From a virus: a DNA stretch of 56,130 nucleotides. Where the stretch lies: the IMG/VR virus record IMGVR_UViG_3300019377_000001, positions 1-56,130 of that record; one strand, given 5' to 3'. Below the pieces are notes generated by a model that saw only the letters and a list, made by a program, of their open reading frames with translations, searched no databases and was not told the origin of the DNA. Every line of letters begins with the position of its first letter. The stretch's first letter is position 1. The position numbers were made by a program, and so were the translations under genes. Shown here piece after piece: positions 39,545-48,913 of this stretch.

Positions 39545-39898
39545 ATGCATATCGAAGGACCTGGCCCGATCCTTTCCTGCGATCACGCCACCCACACAGA
39601 CGAGCAGCTACTCGAATGCCTGGCCCGGCAATGGAACGTGACCGTCCCCCAGCTCGTCGCGATGCTCGCCGCCCTCGTGTTCGCCCACACCGAACGCACC
39701 GCGACGGCAGAGGCCGCACGCGCCGGCACCAGCACCCTCCTGCCGGCCCTGCCCGTCAGGTCCTGCGACTGGTGCCACCGACCCCTACCCGCACGCACCC
39801 ACCACAGCCGCCGCTACTGCCCGGACGCCGACTGCAAACGGCTGGCGTACAACGCCTGGCAGCGCGACGGCCGACCACCCCGAAAGGTCCACCAGTGA
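39545..39898 (+). CDS. Hypothetical protein with a C-terminal Cys4-type motif (possible DNA-binding regulator)
   Basis: 117 aa with ...CDWCHRPLP...RRYCPDADCKRLAYNAWQR. Confidence 0.6.
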   Translation: MHIEGPGPILSCDHATHTDEQLLECLARQWNVTVPQLVAMLAALVFAHTERTATAEAARAGTSTLLPALPVRSCDWCHRPLPARTHHSRRYCPDADCKRLAYNAWQRDGRPPRKVHQ

Positions 39899-40140
39899 AC
39901 CTGCACCCGCTCGCCGTCCTGATCGTCATCCTGTTCGTGTTCCTCGCCGTCGTCGCGGCACGGTTCGCGATCCTCGACGCCCGCGCCGACCGAGCCCACC
40001 AGCGCTGGCTGCGCCGCAACGAGCTACACCGACGCCGCACCCAGGTAGCGGTCAAGGGCATCCGGTACGGGTACCGCGGCGCCGGCCTCGACGGCCAGGC
40101 TGACCACCCCGACGCACTGCGGAAGAACACGCGCCCGTAG
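39895..40140 (+). CDS. Single-pass membrane protein
   Basis: The GTG at 39895 overlaps the upstream TGA. VNLHPLAVLIVILFVFLAVVAARF... Confidence 0.5.
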   Translation: MNLHPLAVLIVILFVFLAVVAARFAILDARADRAHQRWLRRNELHRRRTQVAVKGIRYGYRGAGLDGQADHPDALRKNTRP

Positions 40141-40261
40141 CTGCACGCAGAAGAGCCCCCACCCTCCGGCACGCGAGGGTGGGGGCTCACCCCTGTGGAA
40201 CGCACGTTTGCGACAACGCACCACCGATCCTACCCACCCCCGCCGGGGCCCCATGCCCGTG

Positions 40262-40322
40262 TTGAGCCGTCCCACATGCGTGTGGTACTGTTGTCTTGTT
40301 CGGCCAGGGAACCAGTCCCGGC
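40262..40322 (+). promoter_or_regulatory. Conserved promoter-operator-leader cassette, copy J (plus strand)
   Basis: TTGAGC-18 nt-TACTGT. Palindrome CCACATGCGTGTGG at 40272-40285. Bulged hairpin at 40303-40322. Confidence 0.6.
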
Positions 40323-40343
40323 CCAGTCACCCAGGGAGACACC

Positions 40344-40559
40344 ATGACCACCACCCCGCCCGCACCGCAGCCGGACATCTTCATCGGCCAGGTCTGGGTC
40401 CCGAACAGCGGCCCCGCGATCGACATCGCGATCGTGGACTTCGAGGGCCCCGGGTACTACATCGTCCGCAACGCGAACGGCAGCGGCGGCACCCGCTCGA
40501 TGCGCGGTGACCAGATCACCTCGCGCTACACCTACGACCCGGACCGCTACGCGTACTGA
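40344..40559 (+). CDS. Hypothetical protein
   Basis: I trimmed the ORF to the ATG at 40344, after GGGAGACACC. 71 aa. Confidence 0.65.
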   Translation: MTTTPPAPQPDIFIGQVWVPNSGPAIDIAIVDFEGPGYYIVRNANGSGGTRSMRGDQITSRYTYDPDRYAY

Positions 40560-40622
40560 CCACCACGCCCCGGCGCCGCACCTGGCGCCGGGGCACAGCA
40601 CACCCCCCGGAAGGGACACCCG

Positions 40623-41411
40623 ATGACTATCCACTACGGCATGACCGAGGCCGACTACAACGCGCTGCCCGGCCTGCGCGCCTCGACCGTCCGCGCCGTC
40701 ATGAAGAACGCCGCCCGCTACAAGCACGACCGCGACAACCCCTCGACGGCGAAGCACTTCACGATCGGGTCCGCGGTGCACGACCTCGTCCTCGGTGACG
40801 GCAGCATGGTCGTGCACGTCGAGGTGAACGACTGGAAGACCAAGGCGGCCCAGCAGAAGCGCGACGCCGCCCTGGCCGAGGGGAAGTACCCCCTCAACAA
40901 CGCCGAGCACGCCCAGGCCCAGGCCATGGCCGAGTCGCTGCGCACCCACCCGACGGTCGCGAAGCACCTCGCCGCGGGGAACACCGAGGTCGCGATCGAG
41001 GGCGTGGACCCGGACACGTGGACACCCATGAAGGCCCGGCTCGACATCCTCGACATCGAGGCCCGCGTGATCATGGACCCGAAGACCAGCGCCACCCTGG
41101 AGCCCGAGGACTTCGGCACCCACGCCTGGCGCCACGGGTACCACATGGCCGCCGCGCACTACATCGAGATGGCCGCCCAGGCGACCGACACCGACCCCAA
41201 CGAGTGGACGTTCCTGTTCGCCGTCGTGGAGAAGACCGCGCCGTACCTCGCGTTCGTCACCGAGCTCGACGCCGACAGCCTCGAGCTCGGCCGCCGCGAC
41301 CGCGCCGCGGGCATCAAGAAGTACCTCGAGTGCGAGCGCACCGACAAGTGGCCCGGGTACACCACGGACGTCATCACGACGCGCCTGCCCAAGTGGGTCC
41401 TGCCCGCCTGA
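40623..41411 (+). CDS. PD-(D/E)XK exonuclease (RecE / exonuclease VIII-like)
   Basis: 262 aa with ...RLDILDIE...IMDPKTS... (D...D/E-x-K core). It sits upstream of the annealase. Confidence 0.65.
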   Translation: MTIHYGMTEADYNALPGLRASTVRAVMKNAARYKHDRDNPSTAKHFTIGSAVHDLVLGDGSMVVHVEVNDWKTKAAQQKRDAALAEGKYPLNNAEHAQAQAMAESLRTHPTVAKHLAAGNTEVAIEGVDPDTWTPMKARLDILDIEARVIMDPKTSATLEPEDFGTHAWRHGYHMAAAHYIEMAAQATDTDPNEWTFLFAVVEKTAPYLAFVTELDADSLELGRRDRAAGIKKYLECERTDKWPGYTTDVITTRLPKWVLPA

Positions 41412-42091
41412 TGACCACCACCGACCAGACCCCGGCCACCGATCGCACCACGGGAGAGACCATGAACGACCGCATCGCCGCCATCACCCGCAACGCCGAG
41501 CTGTACAAGGCCCTCCTGAAGGCCAAGCAGAAGCTGCCCGTGATCGCGAAGACCAAGACCGCGAACATCCAGCACAACGGCGGCGGGTCCCACCGCTACA
41601 GCTACGCCGACCTGGCCGACGTCGACTCGCAGGCGACGCCCGTCCTCGCGGACGAGGGCCTGCTCGTGGACTTCGAGATGCACAAGTCCGACGACGGCAC
41701 CCAGATCCTCACGGGGATGCTGATCCACCCGGAGTCCGGCGGTTTCAAGACCTCGGAGTGGGAGGTCACCGGCCGTATCCCGCAGGACCAGGGCAGCTCG
41801 ATCACCTACGGCCGCCGGTACCTGATCGGGATCCTCACGGGCATCATCACTGACGACGACACCGACGGCCGCCAGGCCCAGCCCGGCGCCCGCCCCGCGG
41901 CCAAGCGCCAGGAGCGCCCCGCCGACCGCGCCACCCAGCAGCAGCTCGGCCGCCTGCAGGAGCTCGCCCGCGGCGGCGTCCGCATGAGCGACGTCATGCA
42001 GCAGGTCCTCGGCCGTGTCGCCACCCCCGCCGACCTCACCGGCAAGGAGGCCGCGGACGTCCTCGCCGCGGTCGAGCAGCCCGCCGCGTGA
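41411..42091 (+). CDS. Erf-family single-strand annealing protein
   Basis: I trimmed the ORF to the ATG at 41411 (ATGA overlap). ...HRYSYADLADV...PVLADEGL... fits the Erf pattern. Confidence 0.6.
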   Translation: MTTTDQTPATDRTTGETMNDRIAAITRNAELYKALLKAKQKLPVIAKTKTANIQHNGGGSHRYSYADLADVDSQATPVLADEGLLVDFEMHKSDDGTQILTGMLIHPESGGFKTSEWEVTGRIPQDQGSSITYGRRYLIGILTGIITDDDTDGRQAQPGARPAAKRQERPADRATQQQLGRLQELARGGVRMSDVMQQVLGRVATPADLTGKEAADVLAAVEQPAA

Positions 42092-42182
42092 CCTGAAAGA
42101 GTCGAGGCCGGGCGCGTCCACCACGAACGCGCCCGGCCTCTGCTGCACACCATGCCCCGACCACAGAAGGAGCACCGCCATC

Positions 42183-42533
42183 ATGACAGACCTACCGCCC
42201 AACGAGGCCGCCCAGCAGGAGCTGCACGCCAGGCTCACCGCCCTGATGGGCGCCGCCGGCGACGTCATCGACAACCTGGGCACGCCGGGCGCCAGCGTCC
42301 GCGTGAACACCCTGCGCGAGTCCCTGAGCGCCCTCACCGCGCACGACCCCGTCAGCGCCGTCACAGTGGCCGCTGCGCTGTGGCTGGACCGCTACGGGTC
42401 CGCGGGTGCCCCCGTGCGGCTGATGGACCTCCAGGACGCCGTAGACGCCCTCGCCGCGCAGGAGAAGGAGGAGGCCGGCCTCGAGGTCCTGTTCGCCGCC
42501 GTCGAGCGGCCGTTCGACAACCCGGCCACCTGA
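42183..42533 (+). CDS. Hypothetical protein
   Basis: I trimmed the ORF to the ATG at 42183, after an AGAAGGAGCA SD. 116 aa. Confidence 0.65.
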   Translation: MTDLPPNEAAQQELHARLTALMGAAGDVIDNLGTPGASVRVNTLRESLSALTAHDPVSAVTVAAALWLDRYGSAGAPVRLMDLQDAVDALAAQEKEEAGLEVLFAAVERPFDNPAT

Positions 42534-42547
42534 CGCCCGTAGCTCCA

Positions 42548-42590
42548 ACGACGAACGCCACCCCCTGGTGCGGGGGGTGGCGTTCGTCGT
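42548..42590. terminator. Bidirectional terminator between the plus-strand block and the tail genes
   Basis: Perfect 18-bp stem ACGACGAACGCCACCCCC / GGGGGTGGCGTTCGTCGT. Confidence 0.75.
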
Positions 42591-42724
42591 GAAGGGGATT
42601 TCAGAGTGCGTTCCCCGCGGTCTGGGCGGGGGACCGGTTCCAGTGGATCAGGGTGGATACCGCTGCTGTACCGACTGGAACCGTGACCGATCCCGCACAC
42701 CGTATCACCGGAAAACGGGCGGCG

Positions 42725-42994
42725 TCAGGGGGACGCGTCAACCTCCACCGTCGGCGTGACCGTGGTGGACGTGTTCTGCGCCTTGCGGGCACTGACGAAC
42801 TCGAACAGCGGCGAGTTGCTCACCAGGTCCACCAGCTCCTGGAACAGACCATCTAGGGCAGCGCCCGTCCAGTCACCCTCGCCTACGTTCATCACCACCT
42901 CGACCGTAGCTGCGGCGTCGGGCACCAAAGCATCGGTCTGGAAAAGAGCCGTGTACCGGCCACCCTCGTTTACCACTGGTTCCTCGAAAGGCAT
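42725..42994 (-). CDS. Hypothetical protein (last gene of the tail module)
   Basis: 89-aa acidic ORF. Confidence 0.65.
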   Translation of the reverse strand: MPFEEPVVNEGGRYTALFQTDALVPDAAATVEVVMNVGEGDWTGAALDGLFQELVDLVSNSPLFEFVSARKAQNTSTTVTPTVEVDASP

Positions 42995-43017
42995 TCGCGT
43001 GTCTCCTTGTAGGTGGA

Positions 43018-43578
43018 CTAGCCGCCGATCCGGACGGCCCAGAACTGCGGGGAGTACTCCGTGGTGGCGAGCACGTTGCGCGCCGCGGCGGCCGTGTTCG
43101 TTTGGTGGATCTCCAGTTCGAGGTAGTCGCCGGCCACGAGCGGGTACGTCGTGTTCAGCGCGTACCGCTGCGCGACGTTCTGAATAGTGCCCGGCGTTGC
43201 GTTGAACGCAATACGGCTGGAACCGTTGACGACTATCGACATGATGATCCGGCTGTAGTCACTACCCGACTGCATCTCGATATTGCCGCCGATCTGGTAA
43301 ATACCGGGGACATTGATCGTGATTCGCGTCGGGTTGGTGACGTTCGAATGCATGACGTTGTTGTCGAAAACCTCCGCGTTGAACGACACCGGTACGAACG
43401 TCGTGTGCGCGATCGACTGCACGGCGTTCCTCGTCAACCGGCAGCCCTGCGTGGCCGTGAACTCCGGCGTCAGGTACGCCATGTTCCGGATCTGGCGCTC
43501 GAGGAACGCGATGCGTCGCTCGTAGTCATCGATGATCCGCGCGAGGTCGTAGTCGCGCGGCAGGGTGTTCACGGCCAT
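43018..43578 (-). CDS. Tail fibre / receptor-binding protein candidate
   Basis: The ATG at 43578 makes an ATGA overlap. N-terminal coiled segment, then a beta-rich domain. By eye the GC content is visibly lower than in the neighbouring genes. Confidence 0.5.
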   Translation of the reverse strand: MAVNTLPRDYDLARIIDDYERRIAFLERQIRNMAYLTPEFTATQGCRLTRNAVQSIAHTTFVPVSFNAEVFDNNVMHSNVTNPTRITINVPGIYQIGGNIEMQSGSDYSRIIMSIVVNGSSRIAFNATPGTIQNVAQRYALNTTYPLVAGDYLELEIHQTNTAAAARNVLATTEYSPQFWAVRIGG

Positions 43579-44831
43579 CAGCAGTCCACGCAATCGCTCG
43601 GCGGGGCGGAGAGCATGTTCCCCGGGAAGCTGTCCACGGTGAGCTGCACCGTGACCTGCTCGGCGCCCTCCTGCCCGACGGCGAGCGACACCCGTCCGAT
43701 CGTCGGGATGTGAGTACCGGAGTCCGGCATGTCCGGGCCGCCGTCGAACCGCCAGTGCGGGGAGTCAACGTCCACGTTCACGTGCCGCCCGGGCAGGAGG
43801 TCATCGATGTTCAGCGTCGGGTCGCCGGCCGCCTGCCCGTAGTCCAGGCCCGTGAAGTTCATCTGCAGGTTCAGCGACGCGAACATGTGATCGTCCTGGT
43901 AACCGGACGCGTTCTGCCCGAGGCTGATCAGGTTGGTCACGCCCGAGAACGCCGGCGCGGCGTCGAACCGGGGCTCGAACGGAACCGGCGAGTCGGCCGT
44001 CGCGATGCGAGGTGTGCCGTCCTCCTCGGCGTCCCCGAACGCGTCGATCTGGTTCGCGATGCCGTTGCTGTCCAGCCCGAGCTTGAAGTCCGTCAGGTGG
44101 TGCCACGTGATGAACTTCGCCGGCGACGGCTGCGTGAGCGCGTCGAAGAACCCGAGCTCGCTGTACCAGTTGTCCGTCAGGCCAGGGATGCCGCTCGTGC
44201 GGTAGTGGAACATCTCGTACACGGGGCCGTTCTCGACGCCGACGAGCTGCTTGATCATGTCCCCGATCACCTGCCGGTCCTTCGCAAGGTACGTCCGGTC
44301 CCGGGTGATCGCGGACGCGCCGAGACCGCCGATGAGCGGGATGCCGAGCGACGGCGACGGGTCCACGCTGCCACCGTTGATGTTCTCGCCGCGCGCGTAC
44401 ATCACCAGGTCGCGCCCGAGGAACGTCTGCGAGAGTCCCGTGAAGACCAGGTCCGACCGGATCAGCCGGTGGTCGAGGTACTTCTGCATCTCCGTGAACC
44501 CAAGCGTTACCGTGCCGTCGCTGTTGCCCTCGAACGTCTCGACGTACCCGCCGAACATGTTCACCGGGTTGTTCGGCGTAGCTGTGCCGCCCCGGAGCCG
44601 CTGGAAGAAGATCCCCGTCGTCGCCGGCATGGAGTCGTTCACGGACACATACCCGGCGTCCAGGCCCGGCGAGTTGCCACGCCGGTTGAACGTGATCGTC
44701 CCGCGGCCGGCCTCCATGAACGAGGTCTCGAACTCGAACGACACCGGCACGATCGCGCTCGTGACCGCACCCGTGAGGAGGTCCGTGAGCTCGACGCGCC
44801 AGTTCGCCGCGCACTCGCACACCTGTGCCAT
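43578..44831 (-). CDS. Minor tail protein
   Basis: 417 aa with an ATGA overlap, in the position after the distal tail protein. Confidence 0.6.
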   Translation of the reverse strand: MAQVCECAANWRVELTDLLTGAVTSAIVPVSFEFETSFMEAGRGTITFNRRGNSPGLDAGYVSVNDSMPATTGIFFQRLRGGTATPNNPVNMFGGYVETFEGNSDGTVTLGFTEMQKYLDHRLIRSDLVFTGLSQTFLGRDLVMYARGENINGGSVDPSPSLGIPLIGGLGASAITRDRTYLAKDRQVIGDMIKQLVGVENGPVYEMFHYRTSGIPGLTDNWYSELGFFDALTQPSPAKFITWHHLTDFKLGLDSNGIANQIDAFGDAEEDGTPRIATADSPVPFEPRFDAAPAFSGVTNLISLGQNASGYQDDHMFASLNLQMNFTGLDYGQAAGDPTLNIDDLLPGRHVNVDVDSPHWRFDGGPDMPDSGTHIPTIGRVSLAVGQEGAEQVTVQLTVDSFPGNMLSAPPSDCVDC

Positions 44832-46255
44832 CAGCCGCTCACCACAGCGTTTTCCCACTGGATATTGACGAACCCCGTATCGGCCGGGTCGCCGGTCTGC
44901 ACCGTGACCTCGTGCACGCCCGGCGCGAGCGGCGACACGAAGTCGCCCTCCAGGTTCTCCGTCACGTCAACGAACCCATCAGCCGCACGACCCCACCGGG
45001 TGTCGATCTCGATAACGCCCGTGACGTCCTCTGTGTAGGTGAACTCGTGGCCGCCGTACGTGACGACGATCGGCGCCGTGAGCTCGGGAAACAGCGTGAT
45101 CACTGGGTAGGCGCACAGGGTGCCGCCGATCTCGACCGTTTCCGGCTCCGTCGCGACAGCACCCTCGTTGATCCATGCCTGCGCGACATCGAGGCGCTGT
45201 TCCGCGACGGCAATGCCGGACCACGCCAGGCGTGGGGACAGGAACGCCGCACCGACCGGTGCGACCTGTGTCTGTGACTTACGCGCCCAGTCAGCGGTCG
45301 CGCTCTGCCCAGTTCCGGCGGGGCTGCTGACGAGCGCGCCCCCAGCGTCGTACCAGAAGAAGTCCCCGCGGGTCACCGGGCCGCCCCCGGGGTCCTTCCG
45401 CGCCCACCAGGACAGCGTGTAAGCCTGCCCCGCGACGACAGGGATACCTCCCGTGCCAGTCGGCGCGAGAAGCATGGTCATCGGTGACGTCGTGTTGGGC
45501 GCGACGATGTTGCGGTTGAAGTACGGGCCTCCGTCGCCGCCCAGGGGACCTCCCGACGAGGGGTGGAAGTCGTCCACCGTGGCGCCGTTCACCGTCATCG
45601 TCAGCCCGGACAGGTCAGCATCCGGTGCCAGGTTCTGTTCGTCGGCGTCGAGCGTCTGCGTGTGCGTGCTGTCCCAGACGAATTCCGGGCCCAGCGCGTC
45701 GAGCAGCACCAGGCGCGCGTCTGCGGCGTCGAACCGCAGGGTCACCCGAGCTACGCCGCGGTTCGAGCGTTCCCACACCACGTCAGCTACGCGCGGCCGG
45801 CCATGCACCGCGTACGGGCCCCGCCAGATCTTCTCCTCGTCGCTGGCGTTCGGGTCGTGGCAGTCGGTGAACAGGACGAGCGTCGCGCCCGTGCAGTTCC
45901 TTGACCACTCCTGCGTCAGCCGCGCGACCTTCTGCCGGGCGCTCATCTCCGTGGAGCAGCCCGGGCACCCGTCGTTCTGCACCAGGACCTGGAACGTGAG
46001 CATCCGCGGCTCGTAGTAGTCCGCGAACTGCACGACGCCGTCCCGCTGCGCGAACGCGACATCGCCCGACCGCACCGCGGGAACGCCGAGGCCCGCCGGC
46101 GGTACGAGCAGCGACCCGACTGGGACCGTGGGCAGGAACGGCAGGACCGGGTCGCCGCCCTCGAGGCTGATGCCCTGCTGCTGCACGTGCAAGGGGCTCT
46201 GGCTGTACCCGTCCTTGTAGAGCACTACGCCCCACGCACCGCTGTTCCCGCTCAC
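44831..46255 (-). CDS. Minor tail protein (distal-tail position)
   Basis: The GTG at 46255 overlaps the TGA of the tape measure gene. 474 aa. Confidence 0.6.
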   Translation of the reverse strand: MSGNSGAWGVVLYKDGYSQSPLHVQQQGISLEGGDPVLPFLPTVPVGSLLVPPAGLGVPAVRSGDVAFAQRDGVVQFADYYEPRMLTFQVLVQNDGCPGCSTEMSARQKVARLTQEWSRNCTGATLVLFTDCHDPNASDEEKIWRGPYAVHGRPRVADVVWERSNRGVARVTLRFDAADARLVLLDALGPEFVWDSTHTQTLDADEQNLAPDADLSGLTMTVNGATVDDFHPSSGGPLGGDGGPYFNRNIVAPNTTSPMTMLLAPTGTGGIPVVAGQAYTLSWWARKDPGGGPVTRGDFFWYDAGGALVSSPAGTGQSATADWARKSQTQVAPVGAAFLSPRLAWSGIAVAEQRLDVAQAWINEGAVATEPETVEIGGTLCAYPVITLFPELTAPIVVTYGGHEFTYTEDVTGVIEIDTRWGRAADGFVDVTENLEGDFVSPLAPGVHEVTVQTGDPADTGFVNIQWENAVVSG

Positions 46256-48912
46256 GTCGTCGGCACCCCCTCGATAACCTCTCGGCGCGCCTGGGTGGCG
46301 TACCGGATGTTCCACGTCATTTCGTTGAGCCGGCCGCCGGACGTCGTCGGCCCCGTGAAGATCTGCGTCAGGTTCACGCCGTCGTTCACCGCGGCGTCCC
46401 CGGAAACGGGCCGTGCTGCCCGCTGACGGGCCGTGGACTGCGTCACGGCCCCCGTGGGCGCCAGCGGCGCCAGCGCGTTCGACAGGGCCCGTCCCGGTAG
46501 GTTGACGTTCGCCTGGATGCCGTCCGCGATCATCTGCGCGATCACCTCACCCGAGATCTCGGGGGAGCCCTGCCCGGACAGCGGCCCGACCTTCGCCGGC
46601 GAGAACGGCAGGTAGCTCCGGATCGTCCCGGCGAGGTTGGACGCGGCCGACGCGACCCTGCCGATCATCGCGTTGATGCCGTTGATCAGGCCCTGCACGA
46701 CGTTCACGCCCGCCTGGTACAGCAGCGACCCCAGGTTGCCGATCGCGCGTGTGATGCGGCCCGGCAGCGCGCTGAAGAACCCGACGACCCGCCCGATCCC
46801 GGTACCCGCGATGCTCCCGAGCCGGGACACCCCGAGCGAGAACAGGGCGCGCGCCGTCGACCACAGACCGGTGACGGTGCTGATGACCCGGGTACGGAGG
46901 TTGAGGAACCTGTTCACCAGGCCCACGATCCAAACCGCGATGTTCGTGATGATCCGGGCCTGAAACTGCGTGAACGACGTGGTTACGCCGGTCCACCAGT
47001 TCCGTACCGCGGTGAGCACCTGCTGCCCGCCGTTGCGGAAGTAGTTCTGCACCGTGCGCCACAGGAACTGCACGATCCCGGTCAGGACAGACACGACCCC
47101 GTCCGCGACCTGCACCAGCCCGTCCCACGCCTTGTCCCAGTCACCAGTGAACACCCCGGTGAGGAACGTGAGCAGCCCGCCGAGGATGTCGAACACGCCG
47201 CCGATGACGTCCACCACGAGGTTGATCGCGTTCACGACCTGCGCACCGAAGATGTCCAGCAGGATCCCGAGCAGCGGCTGCAGCAGCTCGAAGATGCCCG
47301 TCAGCGCGGGTGCGAGGTTCGTCGTGAACAGGGCACCGATCTCCGCGATCGCCGGGCCGAGGGCCCCCACGATCAGCGACACCACCGGCGCGAGGGCCTG
47401 CACGAGCCCGACGATGAGCTGCGCGACCAGGCTGATCACCGGCGCGAGGCCGGTCAGCGCGGTACCGAGCGCCTCACCGAGCACGGTCGCGACCGGCAGC
47501 AGCGCGTCGCGTAGCAGGTTGACCTGCGGGATCAGAACACCGATCACGGAGAACAGCCCGGAGAAGATCGGGCCTATCACCGCGCCGAGCTCGCTGATCG
47601 CCGCGCCGGTCTGGGAGACGAGGTCGAAGAACTGGGCAAGGCCGGCCTGCGCGCCCGCGGTCTGTACGAACGCCGCGAGCTGCGCGGTCGCGCCCTCGAA
47701 CACGGAGAGCAGCGTCGCGCCGACGGACGCCCCGGCACCGAACACGGACACCAGGATCGAGCCGACGTTCCCGACGATGCCGAGCAGGGTGCCCAGTACG
47801 GCGTTCGACTGCTCGAGGAACGCGGTGAGCTGCCCCGACTGCTGGATGCCGGCCGCCCACTCCCCGAACCGGATACCGACGTCGGAGATAGCCGCGGCCA
47901 TGTCGGTCGCCGGGCCCGCCGCGCCGACGAAGATCGACAGCAGCCCCTGCCCGAACCCGGCAAGCCCGGGCAGCAGCGCGGCGAGCGTGTTGTTCAGCCC
48001 GGCGAGGATCGCGTCGAGCTGCCCCACGAACTGGTCGGACTGCGCGAACTGCGCGAACCCGATCGCGGCCTCGTTCAGGATGCCGGCCGTGCCGGTGAGC
48101 TGCTGCTGCAGCACGGGCAGCACGGCACCCGAGAGGCCCTCCAGCTCGCGGGCCACGCCCTGGAACACGGTCTGCTGGATGCTGCCCTGGAACGCGGACC
48201 ACGCCGGCGCGAGCGCCGTCACCTCGGACACGACACGCTGCGCGGCCGGCGCGAGGCCGTCCATCGCCGCGGTGAGCTGCTCCTGGGTGGCCGCGGAGAT
48301 AGCACCCGTGGCCGCTAGCTCCTCCTGCGCGGCGGACTGCGCCGCGAACGCGTCGGACAGGCCCGCGGTCGCTACCTGCGTCGTGACGGCCGCGAGCCCG
48401 AGGGACGCGAGCACACCGCCCGCACTGATCGCCGCGCCGGCGGCCTGCCCGACGGCGCCGGCCACCGCGACCGCGCCTGCAGCTACGCCACCCAGCGCAC
48501 CACCCACGGGCGTGATCGCGCCGAGCAGCCCGGTGAACGAGACGCCGAGCCGCGCGATGGAGAACTCGAGCGCGCCGAACGACTGGATGCCACCCCCGCC
48601 ACCACCACCGAACCCGCGGGTGAGCCCGGACCCGAACCCCCGCCCGGCGTCCTCGCCAGCCGTGACGAACCGGCCGCGCGTGTCACGCAGGCGCCCGTTC
48701 ACGTCCCGCGTGAACCCGTCCAGGCCCTCCGTGCCGCCCTGCTGGAACCCCTGCTGGATCCCCGACGAGATGCCCTCACCGATCGCGTTACCGATCAGGT
48801 TCCCGGCCCGGCCCGACCGGGCCCGCCGAGCTCCCTGATCGACCTCGTCCTCGATGGACTCCGCGATGTCGTTGTCGGTGACGTCGAGGTTCACCGGTAC
48901 CCGGATCACCAC
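46252..48912 (-). CDS. Tape measure protein
   Basis: 886 aa, Gly/Ala/Ile/Leu-rich with hydrophobic blocks, directly after the G/GT chaperones. Confidence 0.85.
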   Translation of the reverse strand: MVIRVPVNLDVTDNDIAESIEDEVDQGARRARSGRAGNLIGNAIGEGISSGIQQGFQQGGTEGLDGFTRDVNGRLRDTRGRFVTAGEDAGRGFGSGLTRGFGGGGGGGIQSFGALEFSIARLGVSFTGLLGAITPVGGALGGVAAGAVAVAGAVGQAAGAAISAGGVLASLGLAAVTTQVATAGLSDAFAAQSAAQEELAATGAISAATQEQLTAAMDGLAPAAQRVVSEVTALAPAWSAFQGSIQQTVFQGVARELEGLSGAVLPVLQQQLTGTAGILNEAAIGFAQFAQSDQFVGQLDAILAGLNNTLAALLPGLAGFGQGLLSIFVGAAGPATDMAAAISDVGIRFGEWAAGIQQSGQLTAFLEQSNAVLGTLLGIVGNVGSILVSVFGAGASVGATLLSVFEGATAQLAAFVQTAGAQAGLAQFFDLVSQTGAAISELGAVIGPIFSGLFSVIGVLIPQVNLLRDALLPVATVLGEALGTALTGLAPVISLVAQLIVGLVQALAPVVSLIVGALGPAIAEIGALFTTNLAPALTGIFELLQPLLGILLDIFGAQVVNAINLVVDVIGGVFDILGGLLTFLTGVFTGDWDKAWDGLVQVADGVVSVLTGIVQFLWRTVQNYFRNGGQQVLTAVRNWWTGVTTSFTQFQARIITNIAVWIVGLVNRFLNLRTRVISTVTGLWSTARALFSLGVSRLGSIAGTGIGRVVGFFSALPGRITRAIGNLGSLLYQAGVNVVQGLINGINAMIGRVASAASNLAGTIRSYLPFSPAKVGPLSGQGSPEISGEVIAQMIADGIQANVNLPGRALSNALAPLAPTGAVTQSTARQRAARPVSGDAAVNDGVNLTQIFTGPTTSGGRLNEMTWNIRYATQARREVIEGVPTT

Positions 48913-48913
48913 G

